This document shows, in pieces, positions 1 through 9,000 of a stretch of DNA of 64,000 nucleotides. Source of the stretch: a virus; IMG/VR virus record IMGVR_UViG_3300034356_001764, positions 1 through 64,000 of that record; one strand, 5' to 3'. Made by a program: the position numbers and the translations under genes. The notes below the pieces were generated by a model. That model worked only from the letters and a program-made list of their open reading frames with translations, was not told the DNA's origin and searched no databases. The number at the start of each line of letters is the position of its first letter. The stretch's first letter is position 1.

Positions 1-3000
1 GTGTACTATGTGTTAGTTCAAATCTACCGTTACCTTCCATACCAAATGTGTAAATACTACCATTTTTTGTAAGTACTTCATTTGTATAACCTTTTAATTT
101 ATCACCAGAAGGAAGATATATAGTATTATAATCGTTAGCAAAAGTCATTCTTCCTTCATTATTATCTACAATACCTAATCCAGAATCATTACCAATTGTA
201 TACACTATTACAGGATAATTTCTTGCTGTTATACTTTCTGTTGTATCTTTATGTGGATATACATATTGATTATCAAGATATATGTTTCCAATTACAGAAT
301 CATAATCTGACATGTCAATACCTAATGAATTTTGAATTTTATCTATTATAGGTTGTAATACACTAATAGAAGGTAATTGATTTCCTTTTTGATCTAAACT
401 ATGATAATTATAATAGTTATTATTAACCCCTTCAAATTTTTGAATTTTAACAGGATTAGCTTTAGGATTATTTCTTGCCCACATTAAACCATAATGAAAC
501 ATTTCATTTGCAAAAGTACCTTTATTTTCTTTATATGTTTGAGCTTGTATTTGTGGTTTTATTAATTCTACAAAATTTTGTGTTTCTTCTTTACTAGGAT
601 TAGTTTCAGCTTGTACAACACCATAATCTTCTGATATTACTTTAACATTAGTAGATGGTTGAGTAGTAATTAATTTATCAAAGTTTTCATGAAACACAAT
701 ATTATTTGGTATAGGTCCCGCAGCAATAAACATATCTGCCATTTCTTGACCTGTATAACCATTAAGATTAGTTCCAGAATAGTCTGATACTAAAAATTCT
801 TTATAACCTCTATTAGCTAAATCATAAAGCTTTTTGATACTAGAAATAATTTGCTCAGGTGATATAGATTTTAAACTGTTATTTTCTTTAACTCTTAAAT
901 CTTTAGTAGGTAAAGCATAACTTTGTCCTTGCAAACCTTCTCCCTGCCCATACATAGCTCCAAAATTATCTTTTGCATATTTAGCAGCACCAGCACCATG
1001 TCTTCCTTCAGGATTACTTCCAAATACAAATATTTGATTAGGTGCCAACTTAGTTACTTTTCCAGAGTATGTTTTTCTAGTAGTAGGTTCAACACTAGTA
1101 GATGATTGAGTAGTTCTTAATTGTTCTACTACTTCAGCTAATGCTGTAGGATGCATACCCTGACCTCTAGCTTCAGATTTACCAGCATATAGTAATGTAA
1201 CTCCATCAAGTTTACCTTGATTAATCTGATCAAGTATCCAGTTTCTTTGTTGTGGTTTTACGTCTTTATGATTAGTTCCTAACAACCATTCTTTATAAGC
1301 TACAACCGCTGCACCTATACTAGGAACTTTTATTGTACCCCCATAACCAGCTTCACTAAAAGGATTACCAAAGTTTTCAAAAGCATTAGTATTACTTGTT
1401 CTCATAGTATTAACACCTTCTGCAGTGTAAACTGGTCTTGACTCTAAATCACCTTTCCATTGTCTTGATGTATCTATTGTAGGTTTAACACTAGTAGCTG
1501 GTTGAGTAGAAGCTTCTTCAGCACTCTGAGCCTTAGCAAGCATGTCTTCAATCATTGGAGTATTAGCATCCATGATTACTTCTTCTTCTACAGGTTGAGC
1601 AACTGGCTTAGGAGCTATGTATGTCTTAGGATCTCTTACAAAATTAGTAAAGTCTCTATTAGGTGAATCAAGCATTAACTCAAAGATGTTTCCAAGAGTA
1701 TTCTCATTTAACTGTTTCTCCATGAATAGTTTTGAAGCAGATTGCATTACACCTAAGAATTCATTATAAGGAAGTGCTTCATTGAAACCATACTTACTGT
1801 ATCCTATACCATGTTGATACATGCTCATTATAGGGAGCAGGCCAAAAAGCTTACTGATTCTTTTGTTATCTGTAGGGTCTGTAACTTTCTTTACATTTTC
1901 ATCAGCCAAGTCTTTCAGATTTTCAAAGTAAATCTCTGCTAACTGAGGATCTTTCAACATTGCTTTATCATTCAAAGTTAAAACTCTTTCTCCAGTCTTA
2001 ATGTTTGGTATAGTAAGCTGACTCAAGATTGGGTATCTTCCTTTAAGTTGAGAGAATTCTTCTATCATATCCAAGACCATGTCTGTATATGATTGACCCT
2101 CAATACCCATAATTGCTTTTCTATTGAATGCATTAATTAATGCTCTTTGATTTATGTAAGCTTCATAAGCTTCTTTATCATTGGCAGTTAACTCACGCAT
2201 TTTTTTGAAGTCTTTGTTTTCTAATACAGACTCAAGTGAATATAAATTTCTTTGATTCTCTCTTTCAAACACATATCTAAAATAGGCAGCTTCTGATTCA
2301 AATATTGCTGAAGTTCCAAACCCTCTTAATCCACTTTCAGAATAATTGCCGGGCATAGTATTATTCCTGTAATACAAACCTTCTTGATATTCTTTTCTAA
2401 GCTTTGCCTCATCTACAAACAATTTCCCATCAATGATCTCTGCACCATTCTTTACTCCAACTTTACTGACAACATCCATCTTATTAAAGTTCTTAGGCAT
2501 ACTTGTTAGTTGGCCATTCTCATCAACAAAGTTGGACATATAGTTTTGGAAGATATAATTTGGAATAGCATTTTTGAACTGAGTAATAAAATTTCTTGTT
2601 CCGTCCTGACCTTTTCCAAATCTTTTTGCAACTGCACCAGCTCTTTCAGTACTTGTTTTCAAGATAAAGTTAGTTACAGTATCATTATTTCTAAGTGGAA
2701 ACAATGGAACAATAAGATCACTGATTAATCTATTGTCAAAGAAAGTACCAAGTACAGTTTCTTTTAATTTATCTACTGTGCCTTCTTCAATCTTAGACAT
2801 TTGTTTAGCATCTTCCAATGACATGTTTCTTCTTATTACTTCTTGTAAAGTTTTAGAAGTCTTAGTATCTGGATTAGATAAGAACTTAAGTGTAGTAAAC
2901 CCGCGGCTAGATTTTTCTAGCTCAATAAAATGAAGGAACATTGCTTCCATATGATTTCTCAAAGCGGGTTCATTTGGATTCTTAATGATTTTTCTCATTA

Positions 3001-6000
3001 GTTCAATATCAAACTCACCTTTAGAATTTAAAATACCTGAAGCACCTGTTGCTTTAGTAACAGCATTATAATATTTTTTCTGACTTACTTTCTGTGCCCC
3101 ATCTTTAATACCAAACTTTGCTAAAGCATTTACTGCTGCCTGGTATTTACCCATGGTTGCTATAAAATCTTCTTCAATTGTTCCTGTAACTTTTGAGTAT
3201 GCACCCTTAATTATTCTTTGTTGTTTTGCATACTCTCTAACAATTGGATTTGACGCAAATAGAATTGCAGTTTCTTTAGGTACACCGGCTTTTAGTAAGA
3301 AAGTAATCATTGGAGTGATCTCATAATTACCTTGAATAAAGAATATCCATGCATCTTTCTCAACATCCACAGCACCATTCATCATTTGTGAAAATAATTC
3401 ACCAATGTTATCCATACCGTCTACAGTATCTGTACCTGAAAGAGAAACTCTACCATCTTGAGTTTTGTTATGAGGCAACATTAGTCTTACATCATAATCA
3501 TTTTTTCCATCAACATATCTTCCAAGACTTTGATCAAACACTGAATCTTTATATGTTGCTGGCATGGATATACCTATTGAATTAAAGATTGGATGTAATG
3601 CATTTTCTACAGCAATCATACCCAACACTCTCTTAGCAATCGTGTTTACATCATGTTTGTGTAAGTTGTAACCTACCTCAAGAATTCTTGTTGGGCTAAT
3701 CACTTTAGCACCTTTCTGATTAACTCTATATTCCTTACTATTCACATTCTTAAATCTGTTATACTCAATAACATCATCTTGAATTACATCAGCTATTTCA
3801 TCTTTTAATAAGTATGTATCATTTGGTCTTACTAATGATGCATAATTATCTGGCAACTCAAGAATACCTTTAATTGTATTGATTAATCTGTTTTCTAAAG
3901 CTGCTTTCTGTTTCTTAATTAAAGCTCTGGCAACTTTACTTCCTCTTTCATTTCCAGATAATTCATTTACTTTTTTAAGAACTTCATCATTAGTCAATCC
4001 TGTTTCAACATATTGACCATTACTATCTATGCTAGGCATAAATGTTGTCAACTTATCAACATCATAATCAGCTCCTGATTTAGCAACAATTTCTGATGGT
4101 GGAATAATAATATTTCCTGCTGCTGGATCTAAGAACTCATAGATTTCCATGAACTCCATTGAGTTAATACCCTGAACTGGGATACGTACTGCAGATATTG
4201 TTACTGCTTTACGGTTATTATTCAAGTCCAACCACTTGTCATCCTTAATCATTTCATTAAGTCTTTCTCTTGTTGCAATAGGTTGACCGTCTAAGTGGTT
4301 AAGTTTAAGCAAGTTAGCAAAGTCTCCTTGAAGTGCAACAGCAACTTTCATTGCTGCCGTCTTACCATCAGCTGTATCATTATTATAGAAAGGTAAATTA
4401 TTAGTACCCATGTACTTTAATATATCTGCCTTAGTAGCTTTCTTAAGTTTGCTATCCCACATTCCATTGGACATAGAACTAGCAACTTGAACTAATGCTT
4501 CACCTTTTACTTTTTGTTTTATTAATCTTTTTTCTACAAGAGAAACAAGAATCTTTTCAATATCATCAGCTTTAAGGTGCAGAGACAAATCTGTTTTAAT
4601 AGATTTATCTCTATTGAGCCCTACCATTTGTATCAAATGCTCAGGAAGATCTCTTCTTTCAAGTTCTCTTTGAACAACATCTAAGAAGTCTTGTATGTTT
4701 CCAGTATACTTACCAGTCTTTGGATTATACTCATATCCAATTTCATGAAGTAATTCAAGCTTTAGAATATTACTATAAGCATCAACGGCAGCTTCATATG
4801 ATTTTACTGCAACTGAGTTTTTAGGATTGATAATTTTACCATTTCTGTACATACCTCCCAAGATCAACTTTCTTAACTGAGTTGAGAACACAGTTTTGTT
4901 TTTAAACTTGTTAGGTACATTAGTTACATTCTTAAGATTCTCAAGGTAAATAACATTTGGTGTAAATGCAATATCTCTTTTTAAAGACTTTTGATCTTTA
5001 TCATCATAAATCTTATCTGCTACTGCTTCACCTTTATCATTTACTTCAGATGTAACACTACCAAGCTTTGAACCAGTTTGGAATGTAACATACTGAATAT
5101 TCTTAGTCATCATTTGTCTATGAAGATTTTCAAGATCTGAACCAGCAATAACACTAGGGATTAATGGAGCTAATGCAAACTTGTGCATTGCATTTACTGG
5201 AAGACCAGTATTGGCTAAGTTACCAAAGTTTTGTACTTTGTATACAGGGAAGAATTCTTTTATCTCACTTGTAGTTACATTGTCTCCTTTAGCAATTCTC
5301 TGAAATAATATTTCTTGCTCATTAGACCAAGCATTTTCAAGATGTCTTAGTGTCCGGTATGCATCAAAAGTGATAAAGCCTTGCCCATCTCCTTCTTCCA
5401 TTCCTTTATACTTACTAAGTTCTATCTCTAATCTTTTATTAATTATCTTTTCAGCATTTGGAATTCCTGCATTTTTATATCTTGCTTCATAGTCTTTTCT
5501 AAGTCCCTTTTCAATTTGACCAAGATATTCTGAATCTCTAATTACATCTTGAATAATTGCAGTATTGAAAGTTCCATTGTAAGCAATTGCAGAAATGCCT
5601 TGTTTTTTAGCATAAGATGTAGTGGCTAAGTAACCATTAACAAATTTTCTTGCTGCTATGTCAGATCTAAATCCAGGGCCCCCAGATGTAGCTCCAGTAT
5701 TTCTCTTGTGCATCTCTTCTTTGTAGTGATTGTATTGAGCAAAGTCACCATAGAAAAGAATACCCATTTCAAAGTTATGTATCCAAGAATTATAAGTATA
5801 AGCTTCAACAAGCTTTTGTTCTACTTGATCATCTGATAGATTAAATATTTTCATTCTATCTTTAAGATCTTGAGAAATATATTTTGATTCCTGAAGCATC
5901 TCAAGATTTTCTTTAGCTTGTCTGTCAAAGTATTTCTTTACATCTCCTCTTAATACACCAAGTGCACCTGTAGTGTCTGCTTTTAGAAATGTACTTAAGT

Positions 6001-9000
6001 TAAATAGAGTCTTATTCTTAACTGCAGAGTCAATAGCATCATAGATTTGTTTCTTTAGTGAATCTGAGATAACATCATCAAAGGCTGTAAATTCTTCACC
6101 TGCCATTCTTCCACTACTGAGCACTCTATTATAGCCAGCATATTTCTTAAACTCATCTTTGTTAATCTTGAATCTGTAGATTCTTTCAGCCTCTGCTTCC
6201 ATGTAAGGAAGTAAATGAGCCTTTAATGCATAATCAAATGCAGTTCCTTTACCAAACATGTCAAGGTCAACCCAAAGTTTATTATCTCCACCTTCTTTAC
6301 CTGGTAGACCAATAACTCCTCCTTCAATTCTAGCACCAAAAGACGAAGACTTAGAAGCATGTCTCATAAATTCTTGCACACCATCTTTTAACATAGTATG
6401 CATTTCCTGAATCATCTTACCATTTACATCTAAACTTGTTGTGTTAAATCCATCTTCATTCTCAACTTGAGTTCCAGAGTTTGCAAATAATAAAAATGAT
6501 CTTGTTGTTCTTCTTGATTGCTCAGGAGACTTCAAGTCATACAATGATCTGATTATACCTAATCTATTTGTGTAAGAGTTAATAGCAGGGTCCATATAAG
6601 ACATATACTTAAACTCATCACTGGTCCAAAGATCAGAAAGTTTCTTTGCATTATTTAATGCATATACTTGTTTGCTAATTGTATGATTGTCAATAAATTC
6701 AGAGACAAGATTCTTTTCAGCATTAAGCACCATAGAATTAGATGTTCTAGTACCATATCTTGCTTCAAGACTTGCAATTGCAATTACTTTATTTTTCTGT
6801 ACAATTTCTGTAGCACCAATAATATTAGCAGGAATTCCTTTTGATAAAACTTCAATTGGGTTTTCTCTAAAATTACTAATCAAACTTCTTACAGTACTAC
6901 TAGTATTTGGAAGTTGTTCTTTCTCATGCAATTTTTTGATGATCTCAAAAATATATGGAAGACCAAACTCTTCAATTGTTTTGTTATCTTTCTTAAGTGT
7001 ATTTTTGATAATACTTAAATCACTCAAGTTGAATCCAATAGCTCTTGCAAAAGCATATGATTGATTTACATCTAACTTACCTTGAGATGAAAAACTATCA
7101 ACTACTTTTCCAAGATTAAGCATTGGTGTATTATCTCTACCAACTCTTTCTACATATGGATTATACTGATTTGCTCTGAAGTTTTCTCTAAACATTCTTA
7201 CAATGTTCCCAACTTCATTAGAAGCTTCAGTTACTTGTGCATCATAATCATAAACAGGAACTGTTTTCTCTTCTCTAGTGAATTGATTGTACTCAATTTT
7301 CTCACCCGTCTGATTCTTAAACACAGTAAGCTGAATATAAGGTACTCTAGTTTTACTAAAGTCTTGCCAGAAAGATGTTGTTGCTTGAAATTCAAATGCA
7401 TTATTAGTAAATACAGTTGGGTTAGCAAGCTTTGACTGCACAAGTTGTTTAAACTCTGGTACAGTTTCACTTTCTTGCATGAGCTTATCATACATTTGCT
7501 GTGGATCCTGAATGCTGCCAATTGCTCTTACTGTATTATTCCAAGTACTTCTAAAATCAGCAAGCTTCTTAAATCCTAATTCATTGTATTCATACTCTAC
7601 TTGACCCGTCTTCTTATTAATCTTTGCTTGATACAAACTTTTTAGAATGTAAAGAGTTTCCTTACCAGCTAATTGAATAAGTGACTTATCATTATTTTTT
7701 TGATCCCCAAATCTTTCAGTATCAGCCGCATTCTCAGGCTCAACAAGATTTCCTTCTTCATCTAATTCTAATGCAGTATACTTTTGTCTTACAAGGTCAT
7801 AAGAACTATTCTCCACATGGTATTGTACAAGTCCGGATTTTGTGTCCCCATAGTTTTCAAGACCAGTTTGTATAATCCTAATTCTGTTTTGTAGTATGTC
7901 CCTTTTATATTCATTCTCTTCATTCTCAGGAGTTTCCTCCAATTGTGTTTCATAACCCTTTAACTTCTCTTCTAGATTTTGCTTAATCATATTATAAAGA
8001 GGCTCACGGTTTCTTTTATCCAAAAGAATACTTAATGTTGCTCCCTTATTATCTCTTTTACTTACTTCATTATCAATGATACCAGAGATAATAGAATCCA
8101 TACTATCTTTCAATAAGTTGGAATCTTGTCTATTTAATACTTGATCTGTCTCAGTACCTGGTTTAACTATACCACTGTTTCTATAGAGCAAGTCAAACAT
8201 AACATTGTCTATAAGTGGTGTGTAGTTATTCAGATTCTTACCTAAATATAAATTATCAAATAATTCTTTTACTGTACTTATCTCAGATAGATTTGTAACT
8301 GAACCTTTTCCAAATAATGCTTTTAAGAAATCAAGTATTTTTCTAAAAAGACTATTTCTTTTTGGTGCATCTTTTACTGTCTTTTGATTCTTTGCATAAT
8401 CTCTAAACTCCTCAGCAAGTAATTCTTCAATTTCAAAGAAGCTTAAGCTTTTACCTGTTCTTCTAAGTACTTCATTGTATAGAGCCTTCTTTTCAGCTTT
8501 AGTGAGATATAACTGAGAGAAACCATGCCAAGCTTCATGATAAACATCAACCATATTTCCAGTAGCTGCAACTTCAATCATACCTAGGTTGCCATTTAAT
8601 GCAGCACCATAAGCAATAAATCTTGCATAAGCATTAGAGTTAACAATGTTTGCTACTTGTTTAAGTCCAATGTGTTTATTTAATGGAGAGTTTGCCCACC
8701 ATTGTTTAGCATCTTCTACCTGCTCAGTAGATACATCAGATGGAAGGTCTCCTTTTCTTAGGAAGAATACATCACCGGCCCCATTGCTTTCTGGAGTTGG
8801 AACATTCTTTGGATCAATATAACTGTTAATCTCATTCTGAACTTCTTCAATTGATTTAGCTTTAGTTACTTGAGGAGCAAATGCTTTATCAAATTCCTTC
8901 TGAATGATTTCCATCTCAGTTTTACTTGGGCTTCTGAAAGTTGAATAAAGATCAAGCACCTCTTGCATGGTTTCTTTTGTAAACCGTCCAGCATTATTTT

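Noticed and set aside
644-1510. 24-nt repeats as a CRISPR array
   Set aside because: Spacing is about 400 nt, the repeats are in-frame coding sequence, and no cas genes are present.
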